From: Pontiella sp.
GTDB lineage: Bacteria > Verrucomicrobiota > Kiritimatiellia > Kiritimatiellales > Pontiellaceae
Reading direction: 5' to 3'
Assembly (NCBI GenBank): GCA_050290185.1
Contig: JBNKHE010000003.1
Span: forward strand, 64,001 to 128,000
DNA length: 64,000 nucleotides
The translations under genes were made by a program, and so were the position numbers. Below are positions 28,417-37,419 of the stretch, piece after piece. The notes beneath the pieces were generated by a model, which ran no database searches, had not been told where the DNA came from, and saw only the letters and a program-made list of their open reading frames with translations. Position 1 is the first letter of the stretch, and every line of letters starts with the position of its first letter.

Positions 28417-28570
28417 TTGTTCGTTGATTGTTGTTAGGTTTTCGCGAAGCTTTGCTTGCATTCTGCGCATTATCCGTGAAACCCGTCACTTGACAACGCC
28501 CAACAGATGCACGGACTTCCCAGCCCCGGCAACTATCATTCATCAATCAACAACCGATGCCCGTAGCACC

Positions 28571-30493
28571 TCACGTATTCGGATAGTCGATGATAGTTTG
28601 ACGGTAGGCCTGGGGCTGGCCGACGTCGAACCGCTTGCCCTTGACGCGACAACCGACAAATCCCTCTTCCTGTCTCAGTTTATCGAGGCATGACGTTAGC
28701 TGGAACTCGCCGCCTTCGCGCATGCTCCGGCTGATGTTTTCTTCCAGCAACTGGAAGATGCGCGGTGTGAGGATGTACTGACCGAAAATGGTCAGGTAGT
28801 GATCGTCCTTTACATCCTGCGTCATCAGATGCTCGCGCGCATAGTCCACTGACGGCTTTTCGGCAAATTCCGTAATGGAAAGGAGGCTTCCTCTCTCCTC
28901 CCACAGACCGGTAACGCAACCAAAGCGTTTTACTTCCTCCTCCGGTGTTTCCTGCACCCCGACAACGCTCCGTCCGGTCCGTTCGTAGATATCCATCAAC
29001 TGTTGGATGCACGAGGTATCGGTGTCCGAAGCGAACAGATGGTCGCCCAGTACGAGCATAAAGGGTTCGTTCCCGACCCAGTCTTTCGCGCAATGCACGG
29101 CGTGGCCGAAACCTTCCTGCGATTCCTGGATCAGGAAGGTCACCTTGCTCCCGATATCCATGATGTGCTGCATGTAGCGCTGGTCCTCTTTCGAGAGCTT
29201 GTTGACGTGCTCCACCGCCATCTGCCGGTGGAAGAATTCCTCGAACATTTCCCGGTCGGCCGGCTGGACGATGATGCCCACTTCCTCGATGCCGGTGTTG
29301 AGCACCTGTTCGACGATTGCCATGATGACGGGCTTGGCCCGGCCGTCGCGGTCGATAATCGGGAACATTTCCTTCTTGAGTGTTTTGGTTGCCGGGTAGA
29401 GCTGGTTGCCGAAGCCGGCGGCTGGAATCACGGCCTTGCGGAGGCGGTTGACCGATTCGATATCGAGTTTCATGCAGGGCATCTTCAGATCCCGTTCGAT
29501 GATTTCGATGACCCGGTCCTGCGCATCGCCGTCCTTTACGAGAAACTGGGCGGTACCGTCGCCCTGCGAGCCGACGCCCTTTCCTCCGAGAATGTAGGGT
29601 TGGATCGGTTCGTATGCCAGCAGCTTGTGCAATACGGGGGAGGTGAGCTGCGACGGGCAGGCGGGCTGCAGATGTTCATCGAATTTGGCCTGCGCTTCCG
29701 TCATCAGTTTACCGAGGGTTTCAGCGTCACCGTTTCGGACGGCAACCGAGGCCCGGGCGTTGAGGTCGGCGTTGATCGGTCCCAGATAGTCCTGCACCTT
29801 TTGCTGCAGTTCATTGTCCGCGAAAGGATAGCACTTGTTCAGCTTGGAGAGAATTTCCTTGGTGTCCTTGAAGGCCTTGAGGTCGACGATGACGTAATGG
29901 AGCGTTTTCGGGACATTTATTTCCTCGACGTCGAGCCGGTCGCCATCGAAGGTCATCATGACGGGGCGGTTGCCGTAGGCGCATCCCTGATCGAGCCGGC
30001 CGCAGCGCGAGGGGGTGGTGATCTCGCCGAGATAGGCATATTCCATTTCACCGCGCACCGTCATCTTCAGGTCGTAGACGCGGTTGAACGCACGTGCAAC
30101 CAGCACGCAGATGGCCGCAGAGGAAGAGAGCCCCTTCTGGACGGGCAGGTCGGTAAGATCGTTGTCGATCTCGAGGCCGCGCACGCGGTAGTGGGTAAGG
30201 ATCTGATAGGCGACGCCGGCGGCATAACTGGCAAAACCGCCTTTCATGGCCTCTTCCAGCAGGGCTTCGCGCTCCATCGGCAGTTCGATCGGTTCTTTCC
30301 GCGTTCCGTCTTCGAAGGCGGCTTTGAGGATCAGCTTGTCGGGGTGCGGTTTGACCTCGGCGTACAGCCCCTGGTTGGTGCCTACGATGAGCGCGCAGCC
30401 TTTCTCGATATCGGCGTTGATGCGGCGGTATCCTCCCGCCCAGTCTGAATGTTCCCCGAACAGACAGATTCGTCCCGGTACAAAAATCTTCAT
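28571..30493 (-). CDS. GHMP sugar kinase fused to GalU-like sugar-1-phosphate nucleotidyltransferase
   Basis: PGRICLFGEHSD, PVQKGLSSSAA; then KAVIPAAGFG..LYPATK..KEMFP, EKP. Confidence 0.88.
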   Translation of the reverse strand: MKIFVPGRICLFGEHSDWAGGYRRINADIEKGCALIVGTNQGLYAEVKPHPDKLILKAAFEDGTRKEPIELPMEREALLEEAMKGGFASYAAGVAYQILTHYRVRGLEIDNDLTDLPVQKGLSSSAAICVLVARAFNRVYDLKMTVRGEMEYAYLGEITTPSRCGRLDQGCAYGNRPVMMTFDGDRLDVEEINVPKTLHYVIVDLKAFKDTKEILSKLNKCYPFADNELQQKVQDYLGPINADLNARASVAVRNGDAETLGKLMTEAQAKFDEHLQPACPSQLTSPVLHKLLAYEPIQPYILGGKGVGSQGDGTAQFLVKDGDAQDRVIEIIERDLKMPCMKLDIESVNRLRKAVIPAAGFGNQLYPATKTLKKEMFPIIDRDGRAKPVIMAIVEQVLNTGIEEVGIIVQPADREMFEEFFHRQMAVEHVNKLSKEDQRYMQHIMDIGSKVTFLIQESQEGFGHAVHCAKDWVGNEPFMLVLGDHLFASDTDTSCIQQLMDIYERTGRSVVGVQETPEEEVKRFGCVTGLWEERGSLLSITEFAEKPSVDYAREHLMTQDVKDDHYLTIFGQYILTPRIFQLLEENISRSMREGGEFQLTSCLDKLRQEEGFVGCRVKGKRFDVGQPQAYRQTIIDYPNT

Positions 30494-30597
30494 GTTATGA
30501 TCCCCTTGAGAAGATTATTTATTTGCATGGAATCCACGAACTTGGAAGCCTAAAATCCAAAACCAATTGACCGAGGTAAGTTTGCAGGAGTTGTGAA

Positions 30598-31851
30598 ATG
30601 GCACTATTGATTCAGAATGTACGACTGGGCGACGAAGAAACCGATGTGCTGATCGAAGGGAATCGGTTTGCATCCATTCAAAAGAACATCAACACCGGCG
30701 CTGAACAGGTGATTGACGGGCGGGGGAAGGCCCTGCTGCCGACCTTTGTAAACATGCATACGCATGCTGCGATGACTTTGCTGCGCAGCTATGCCGACGA
30801 TCTGGAACTGCACGATTGGCTGACGAACTATATCTGGCCGGTGGAATCGCAGTTGTCGGAAGAGGATATCTACCATGGTGCGCGTCTGGCCTGTTTGGAA
30901 ATGATCAAGTCAGGGACCACCTGTTTCAACGATATGTACTGGCACTTCCACGGGACCGCGCGGGCGGTCGAGGAGATGGGGCTGCGTGCGATGCTGTCGT
31001 CCGTATTTATTGATTTCAGTGACGAGGAAAAGGCCGCTGAACAACGCAAGTCGACGAAGATGTTGTTTTATAAGGAAGTGGACTCCTATTCCGACCGGAT
31101 CAGTTTTGCACTGGGCCCGCATGCCCTTTACTCGGTCTCTGAGGCATCGTTGCGCTGGATCCGCGATTTTGCCGGGGAAAATGATCTTTTGATCCATATC
31201 CATGTGTCGGAAACCGTGAAGGAAGTCGAGGACTGCCTTGCCCAGTACGGTTTGCGTCCGGTGCAATGGCTGGATAAAATCGGTCTGCTGGGGCCCAATG
31301 TGATTGCCGCTCACGTAGTGCACGTAAACCATGCGGAGATTGGCATCCTCGCCCAGCGCGGCGTGAAAGTGGTTCATAATCCGGTTTCCAACATGAAGCT
31401 GGCTTCGGGCAGTTTCCCGTACGGGAAAATGGTGGCCCGTGGTGTGGACGTGTTGCTGGGGACGGATGGTTGCTCTTCCAACAACAACCTCGACATGATG
31501 GAGGAGATGAAGGTGGCCACGCTTCATGCCAAGCTGTTGCTGGACGATCCGACTGCGCTACCCACGAAAACCGTGTTCGACATGGCGACGGTTAACGGAG
31601 CCAGGGCGCTGGGGCTGGATTGCGGCGAGATCGCCGAGGGCAAGCTGGCGGATTGCATGCTGGTTGATCTTTCAAACCACCGTCTGGTGCCCGGTTATCA
31701 CCTGATCGATGACATAGTCTACAGCGCCGACAGTTCCTGCATCGACACGGTCATATGCGATGGACGCATTCTCATGCAAAACGGACGCGTCGGGGGGGAA
31801 GCGGAAATTGTGGCCGAGGCCCGCCGCTATGCAGAACGTTTCAAACGGTAG
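30598..31851 (+). CDS. Metal-dependent amidohydrolase (MTA/SAH deaminase, MtaD-like)
   Basis: HTHAAM, HIHVSET, HNPVSNMKLASG, GTDGCSSNN. Confidence 0.85.
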   Translation: MALLIQNVRLGDEETDVLIEGNRFASIQKNINTGAEQVIDGRGKALLPTFVNMHTHAAMTLLRSYADDLELHDWLTNYIWPVESQLSEEDIYHGARLACLEMIKSGTTCFNDMYWHFHGTARAVEEMGLRAMLSSVFIDFSDEEKAAEQRKSTKMLFYKEVDSYSDRISFALGPHALYSVSEASLRWIRDFAGENDLLIHIHVSETVKEVEDCLAQYGLRPVQWLDKIGLLGPNVIAAHVVHVNHAEIGILAQRGVKVVHNPVSNMKLASGSFPYGKMVARGVDVLLGTDGCSSNNNLDMMEEMKVATLHAKLLLDDPTALPTKTVFDMATVNGARALGLDCGEIAEGKLADCMLVDLSNHRLVPGYHLIDDIVYSADSSCIDTVICDGRILMQNGRVGGEAEIVAEARRYAERFKR

Positions 31852-31993
31852 AATCAGCTATGCACTGAAGCATCCCGAAATGAAGGCGTCGCTTCGCGCA
31901 TATTTGCAGGAGCGGGTGAAGACTTTTTAGAGATTGGCGTGATGCCGTCGTCGTGACGGGCATCGGTCGACCGGGTTTTGCTTTCAGCCTGGA

Positions 31994-32083
31994 TCAAAAG
32001 ACGATGGCAGCCATAAGGATGATCATTGATAATCCTGAAAGGGCCATAATGATTTCCACCGCGAGAATGGATCTGGTTTTCAT
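31994..32083 (-). CDS. Putative 29-aa single-TM peptide MKTRSILAVEIIMALSGLSMIILMAAIVF
   Basis: ATG..TGA, purine-rich AAGAAAGTAG upstream, hydrophobic composition; below ORF-track cutoff. Confidence 0.45.
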   Translation of the reverse strand: MKTRSILAVEIIMALSGLSMIILMAAIVF

Positions 32084-32359
32084 ATAAGGTCTACTTTCTT
32101 TAAATGGTTAATCTATTTTACGATCTCACATGCATGGGAGTCATACGCCAGATGGCAAGCACTCCGCTTTAATCGCTTATCTATAAGCAATTCACAGACC
32201 ATGATCATCCCGGCGCTCATTATGGAGTGGTTGGCGTGCAAGGTATTGCGGTTTATTCTCATATGTGAGAGATAAAGTGTGATTATGTTGCATTACATTA
32301 AGTAAAAATAGTTTGCACCGCATTCATTCGTCCTTAGAATCATTTCATCAGCGAAGGAG

Positions 32360-34057
32360 ATGGCCATGGGTACGAAACTTTTTCGAAAAGATCAGCGGCC
32401 CTGGTCTTCGATTATTGTGGATGGCATCGAGCGGGCGCCCAGCAGGGCCATGTTGCGTGCCGTCGGTTTTACCGATGCCGATTTCAAAAAGCCACAAATC
32501 GGGATCGCTTCCACCTGGAGCATGGTTACACCGTGCAACATGCATATTGACCAACTGGCCAAAGAGGCTGAAAAGGGCGTCGACTTTACCGGCGGCAAGG
32601 GCGTCATCTTTAATACCATCTCGATTTCCGATGGTATTTCCATGGGCACAGAGGGGATGAAATATTCGCTGGTGTCCCGCGAGATTATTGCGGACTCCAT
32701 CGAAACGGTGGTGGCCTGCGAGGGATTCGACGGGATCGTGGCTTTCGGCGGGTGCGACAAGAACATGCCGGGATGCCTTATGGCGTTGGCCCGTTTGAAT
32801 CGTCCGGCGATTTTTGTGTATGGCGGCAGTATCAAACCGGGGTGCTACTGTGGCAAGGATGTCGATATTGTTTCGGTTTTTGAAGCGGTCGGCCAGCATG
32901 CCAAAGGGGAGATCAGTTCCAGACAGCTGACCGAGATCGAGCGGGTGGCCATTCCTGGACAAGGTTCCTGCGGGGGGATGTATACGGCCAATACGATGGC
33001 TTCGGCGATTGAGGCCTTGGGCATGAGCCTGACGAACAGCTCGTCCCGTGTCGCAGATTCCAGACAGAAATCAGAGGAGGCACATGCCGCCGGGCGCGCG
33101 GTCATGCATCTGGTTGAGCGGGGCGTAAAGCCATCGGATATTATGACCCGCGATGCATTTCTAAACGCGGTTGCGGTGGTGACCGCCCTGGGCGGTTCTA
33201 CGAATGCCGTGCTCCATCTTCTGGCCATGGCACATGCGGCCAAGGTGCGGTTGTCGCTGAACGATATTTCCGCCGTGGGCAAAAAAGTCCCGGTATTGGC
33301 CGATCTTAAGCCGAGCGGGCAGTATGTGATGGCGGATTTGGCGGCCATTGGCGGTGTTGCTCCGCTCATGGCGCGGCTGCTCAAGGAAGGGTTGCTTAAT
33401 GGAGATTGCATGACGGTCACGGGGAAGACGCTCAAGCAGAACCTGTCTAATGTGAAATCCTATCCCAAAAAACAGCGCATTGTGCGTCCCTTTAACAAAC
33501 CGATCAAGCCGGATGGACACCTGATAGTGCTTAAGGGCAACCTGGCCCCGGAAGGTGCCGTGGCCAAGATCACCGGTAAAGAAGGGTTGGAGTTTACCGG
33601 CAAGGCCATTGTTTTCAGCTCGGAAGAGCAGGCGCTTAAGAAGATTCTCGACGGCTCGGTGAAGAAAGGGCATGTGGTGGTGATCCGCTATGAAGGTCCC
33701 AGGGGCGGACCGGGCATGCGGGAAATGCTGGCCCCAACCTCTGCCATCATGGGGCGCGGACTGGGGCAGGATGTTGCACTCATTACCGATGGCCGTTTTT
33801 CAGGGGGCAGTCATGGCTTCGTAATCGGTCATATTACACCGGAGGCCTTTGTGGGCGGCCCTTTGGCTATTGTTAAAAACGGCGACATCATCGCCATCAA
33901 TGCCGGAAAACGGTCGATCGAACTGAAGGTGGCGAAGGCGGAAATTCAGCGTCGGTTGGATCTGTGGAAGCAACCGCGTGCCCGTTATAGGGACGGGGTG
34001 CTGGCCAAATATGCGAAACTGGTCGGTTCCGCCTCCAAGGGGGCGGTAACCGATTAA
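32360..34057 (+). CDS. ilvD: Dihydroxy-acid dehydratase
   Basis: [40 protein letters not shown]. Confidence 0.96.
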   Translation: MAMGTKLFRKDQRPWSSIIVDGIERAPSRAMLRAVGFTDADFKKPQIGIASTWSMVTPCNMHIDQLAKEAEKGVDFTGGKGVIFNTISISDGISMGTEGMKYSLVSREIIADSIETVVACEGFDGIVAFGGCDKNMPGCLMALARLNRPAIFVYGGSIKPGCYCGKDVDIVSVFEAVGQHAKGEISSRQLTEIERVAIPGQGSCGGMYTANTMASAIEALGMSLTNSSSRVADSRQKSEEAHAAGRAVMHLVERGVKPSDIMTRDAFLNAVAVVTALGGSTNAVLHLLAMAHAAKVRLSLNDISAVGKKVPVLADLKPSGQYVMADLAAIGGVAPLMARLLKEGLLNGDCMTVTGKTLKQNLSNVKSYPKKQRIVRPFNKPIKPDGHLIVLKGNLAPEGAVAKITGKEGLEFTGKAIVFSSEEQALKKILDGSVKKGHVVVIRYEGPRGGPGMREMLAPTSAIMGRGLGQDVALITDGRFSGGSHGFVIGHITPEAFVGGPLAIVKNGDIIAINAGKRSIELKVAKAEIQRRLDLWKQPRARYRDGVLAKYAKLVGSASKGAVTD

Positions 34058-34128
34058 TGAAGGGGCATGGCGGTATTGTCTTTTTCATCAAGGGATAATG
34101 GCCTACCTTGGTGACTGGAGAATCTAAC

Positions 34129-34536
34129 ATGAAAATAGAAGTTTTTGCCCTTTGCGATGCCGCCACCGACAACCATGGAAAATTGAATATCCTGGGAACG
34201 TTCGATCAGATATTCGCCGTGAAAATGCCGATCACACATCCTGCGTGCGCCATAGCCCTCCGTGTGCGGTTCGATAAGATGGAAGAGGGGATTCACCGGA
34301 TCAAGCTGCAGTTGGTCAATCCGGATGGAGTTCCGGTTCTCAAGCCCATGGAAGGCGATGTGAATCCCCGTATGGCACCCGATGTCGACTCGGTTGCCGT
34401 CAACCTGATTTTGAATTTCCAGAATATCAAGTTTGAAGCATACGATGACTACCAGATCAATTTAACGATCGACGATGTTGCCATGTCCTCCTTGCCGTTG
34501 CGGGTTCGGGAAATGCCCCGCACACACGCGGTCTGA
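34129..34536 (+). CDS. Conserved hypothetical beta-rich protein (DUF6941-like)
   Basis: LCDAA..GKLNILGTFD motif; GGAG RBS. Confidence 0.7.
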   Translation: MKIEVFALCDAATDNHGKLNILGTFDQIFAVKMPITHPACAIALRVRFDKMEEGIHRIKLQLVNPDGVPVLKPMEGDVNPRMAPDVDSVAVNLILNFQNIKFEAYDDYQINLTIDDVAMSSLPLRVREMPRTHAV

Positions 34537-34939
34537 GTCTGTCTGCAGATGGGTGTTGCTATTCATCCTGCAATATTCCGCCTAAACCTCCGTTCTATAT
34601 CCAATCCGTGAAATGCGGATGAATTGCAGGAGGTAGGGCGTGAACATGAAACCGTGGAAAATTGCAGGTTTATTGATGGCTGAGAGTGGTGCTGCGGCCT
34701 ATGCCTTCTCCGGAAAATGGTGCCCCTGCCGAATAATAATCTAGTGTGACATCGGGTGATGTCCATGCGCCGCACGGGAGTTCCCCGCCTGTGCGGCGTT
34801 TTTCATTTTTGGAAAAGGCCATGCACAAAATAAAGGGCCTACAAAGCTGGCTGGGTTGAAACTGGAGTGAGCGTGCCGAAGCCGTAGACCTCCGAAGCGC
34901 ATAGCACTGAAGGTCTCAGATGTAATCTCGCAGCGAGTG

Positions 34940-34975
34940 CAAAAGAAAACCCGGCCTGCAAAGCAGACCGGGTTG
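34940..34975 (-). terminator. Intrinsic terminator downstream of tRNA-Gly
   Basis: Minus strand AACCCGGTCTGC-TTT-GCAGGCCGGGTT followed by TTCTTTTG. Confidence 0.8.
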
Positions 34976-34979
34976 AAAT

Positions 34980-35054
34980 TGGAGCGAGCGAAGAGATTCG
35001 AACTCTCGACATTCACCTTGGCAAGGTGAAGCTCTACCACTGAGCTACGCTCGC
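34980..35054 (-). tRNA. tRNA-Gly (GCC)
   Basis: GCGAGCGTAGCTCAGTGGTAGAGCTTCACCTTGCCAAGGTGAATGTCGAGAGTTCGAATCTCTTCGCTCGCTCCA; cloverleaf with encoded CCA. Confidence 0.97.
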
Positions 35055-35300
35055 TTTTTCTTAAAAACGAAGCGCCATTATTGAGATCGGCGCTTTGTTT
35101 GCAAGTCTAATTCCGTGAAAAAATAAACGGTGTGCGCTATTGTGTGTCGAATGCTATCTCCTGCATGGATTTGCGGGATTTAATAGTGGTTAATGTGCTT
35201 CGGTCTTAATGGGATAGCAACAGGCTTGTGGTCAACGTTCTTGTGTTTTCATGGGGCTTATGATAGCAATAGGTTTCGTGCGGATGATTTGGATTTGCTT

Positions 35301-36272
35301 ATGAATGGTACAAAAACAGACAATGCATTGATCTGGAGCGACCGGTGGCGACTGGGAGCCCTGTCGAAAACAGAGTTGATGAATATCGGCTTTGCTTCGG
35401 TGCTTATCGGGTTTCTGTTTGTTTTATTCCATTTGTTAGGAAATACGAGTGAAGATGGCGGCCGGTCGGCATTCCGATGGATGATCGCACGCTGGGGCGA
35501 CAAGATTTCATTCGGAGCAGACTATTCGCACGGCTTTCTGATTCCTTTCGTCAGTCTGGCAGTGATCTGGAACAAGCGAGAAGATTTTTTTGCGGCGCCG
35601 AAACAAGTCTGCAAAATCGGCCTCTATGTGATCATTATGGCTTTGGCCATGCATTGGCTCGGGGCCAAAATGCAGCAGACCCGTATTTCGCTGATCAGTC
35701 TGATCATGCTGTTATGGGGGATTCCGTTCTATTTCTTCGGTTGGAAGATCGCCAAGCTATTGATTTTTCCATGTTCCTATCTGATCTTTTGTGTTCCGTT
35801 GAACTTTCTCGATGCCTTGGCCGGTCCATTGCAGCATGTTGCTTCTACGTTGGGGCAGTCGGTTTTGCAGGGGATGGGCATTGAATGCCAGCGCGTGGGT
35901 ACGCAGCTTATATCTCCATACTTCCAGCTGAATGTGGAGGCCCCCTGTTCAGGGTTGCGTTCGTTGCTGGCCATGACGGCATTGACGGCGGTTTATGCGT
36001 ATTTCACCCAGCCGACATTTATTAAAAAATGGGCGTTGTTCCTCTTCTCTATCCCGATCGCAGTGGCCGGCAACATCGGCCGTATTATTTCAATTGCATT
36101 GGTATCCATTACCGCCGGTCAGGAAATCGGTACCGGTCTGCACCATGACTGGTCGGGCTATGTGCTGTTTACCGTGGCCATCAGCATGATGGTTGGTGTC
36201 GGCAAGCTATTGCAGATTAATTACAGAGAGAGTTTTGTTAAATGGAAAGAAGCCTACTTAAACCGTTCCTGA
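35301..36272 (+). CDS. Exosortase/archaeosortase family transpeptidase
   Basis: DYSHGFLIP, VEAPCSGLRSL (Cys), NIGRI (Arg), LHHDWSG (His); start uncertain. Confidence 0.9.
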   Translation: MNGTKTDNALIWSDRWRLGALSKTELMNIGFASVLIGFLFVLFHLLGNTSEDGGRSAFRWMIARWGDKISFGADYSHGFLIPFVSLAVIWNKREDFFAAPKQVCKIGLYVIIMALAMHWLGAKMQQTRISLISLIMLLWGIPFYFFGWKIAKLLIFPCSYLIFCVPLNFLDALAGPLQHVASTLGQSVLQGMGIECQRVGTQLISPYFQLNVEAPCSGLRSLLAMTALTAVYAYFTQPTFIKKWALFLFSIPIAVAGNIGRIISIALVSITAGQEIGTGLHHDWSGYVLFTVAISMMVGVGKLLQINYRESFVKWKEAYLNRS

Positions 36273-37036
36273 GCGTAGTGGTGCTCATGACAATTTCCGT
36301 GTTTTCCCTGGCGTTTACCGTCGGGGTAAAGCTCGATCATGTGCCCGGGGTAAAGATGAAGCTTCCGACGACGGTTGGGAGCTGGGTGGGTAACGGCCTC
36401 CGCTACTGCCATAACGAGGACGCCTGCGACAAAAACTATGCGTGCCGCGGATTCTTTGTCAACGATCTGGAAATTCCCGATATTTGTCCGGATTGCGGCG
36501 AAAAGCTCTACAATATGAGCCGGGCTGAGTATGAGCAGTTGCCGAAGGATACGGAATTTGTGAAGTCATCCTATACGAATGCCTCGGGTACCCGCGTGTT
36601 TGCTTCGGTGGTACTGAGTGGAACTGCCCGTAACAGTATTCACCGTCCGCAACGGTGCCTGAAGGGGCAGGGGAATCTCCTGGACGGGGAGTATACCCTG
36701 GAAATCCCTCTGGAAGGCCGGGAACCCTTAAAGGTGCGCGTTATCAAGACCCATCGTGTGTATAAAACGGCCGATGGCGCGGTGACCCAGTATGGCTACT
36801 ACGCCTACTGGTTTGTCGGGCAGGACCGCGAAACACCCTACCATTTAGGCCGCATGTTCTGGTTGGCGTGGGACCGGGTGGTGCGAAGCACAGCCAACCG
36901 GTGGGCTTATATTGCCGTATCAGGCGAGCGCGAAGAGGAAGGCAACGAATACGAAGCGGAGATCAGCGACTTTGTTCAGAACGTCTATCCCTACCTCCTT
37001 ACGGATTCCATGAAAAAGAAGGTCTACGGTCAATAA
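36242..37036 (+). CDS. Exosortase-associated EpsI-like protein with Cys-rich insert
   Basis: Follows exosortase; SIHRPQRCLKGQG, YAYWFVG. Confidence 0.82.
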   Translation: MERSLLKPFLSVVVLMTISVFSLAFTVGVKLDHVPGVKMKLPTTVGSWVGNGLRYCHNEDACDKNYACRGFFVNDLEIPDICPDCGEKLYNMSRAEYEQLPKDTEFVKSSYTNASGTRVFASVVLSGTARNSIHRPQRCLKGQGNLLDGEYTLEIPLEGREPLKVRVIKTHRVYKTADGAVTQYGYYAYWFVGQDRETPYHLGRMFWLAWDRVVRSTANRWAYIAVSGEREEEGNEYEAEISDFVQNVYPYLLTDSMKKKVYGQ

Positions 37037-37114
37037 TCTTCCCGCCTTGGAAGTTGCGCAAGCCCGCGGTTTCTTTATACTGCGGGCTTTATTTTTGGAA
37101 ACGGAGGTAGGGAA

Positions 37115-37411
37115 ATGCCCGAATCACACGAAGGAATGGATGTCGGTTATGTGGCGCGACTGGCGTGCATCGACCTGACTGATGAAGAAACCACGCTTTT
37201 TCAGGGCCAGCTCGAGCAGGTCCTGCATTATGTCGAACAACTCAACGAGCTTGATGTAACGGATGTCGAGCCGACGGCCCACGCTATTCCCGTTTTCAAC
37301 GTGTTACGCAAGGATGAGGTAGGCACCAGTCTCGATCACGATGCCGTCATCGCCAACGCACCCGCCGCCTCCGAGGGCGAAATTCGGGTCCCCAAGATCA
37401 TCGACCAGTAG
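37115..37411 (+). CDS. gatC: Asp/Glu-tRNA amidotransferase subunit C
   Basis: YVARLA, ELDVTDVEPT, LRKDE, VPKI. Confidence 0.93.
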   Translation: MPESHEGMDVGYVARLACIDLTDEETTLFQGQLEQVLHYVEQLNELDVTDVEPTAHAIPVFNVLRKDEVGTSLDHDAVIANAPAASEGEIRVPKIIDQ

Positions 37412-37419
37412 GATATACC

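Noticed and set aside
29003..30448. 481-aa plus-strand ORF
   Set aside because: Antisense shadow of the kinase-nucleotidyltransferase gene; no motifs
32278..32293. CRP-like site TGTGA-N6-TGCAT upstream of ilvD
   Set aside because: Second half-site is poor; AT-rich context makes chance matches likely
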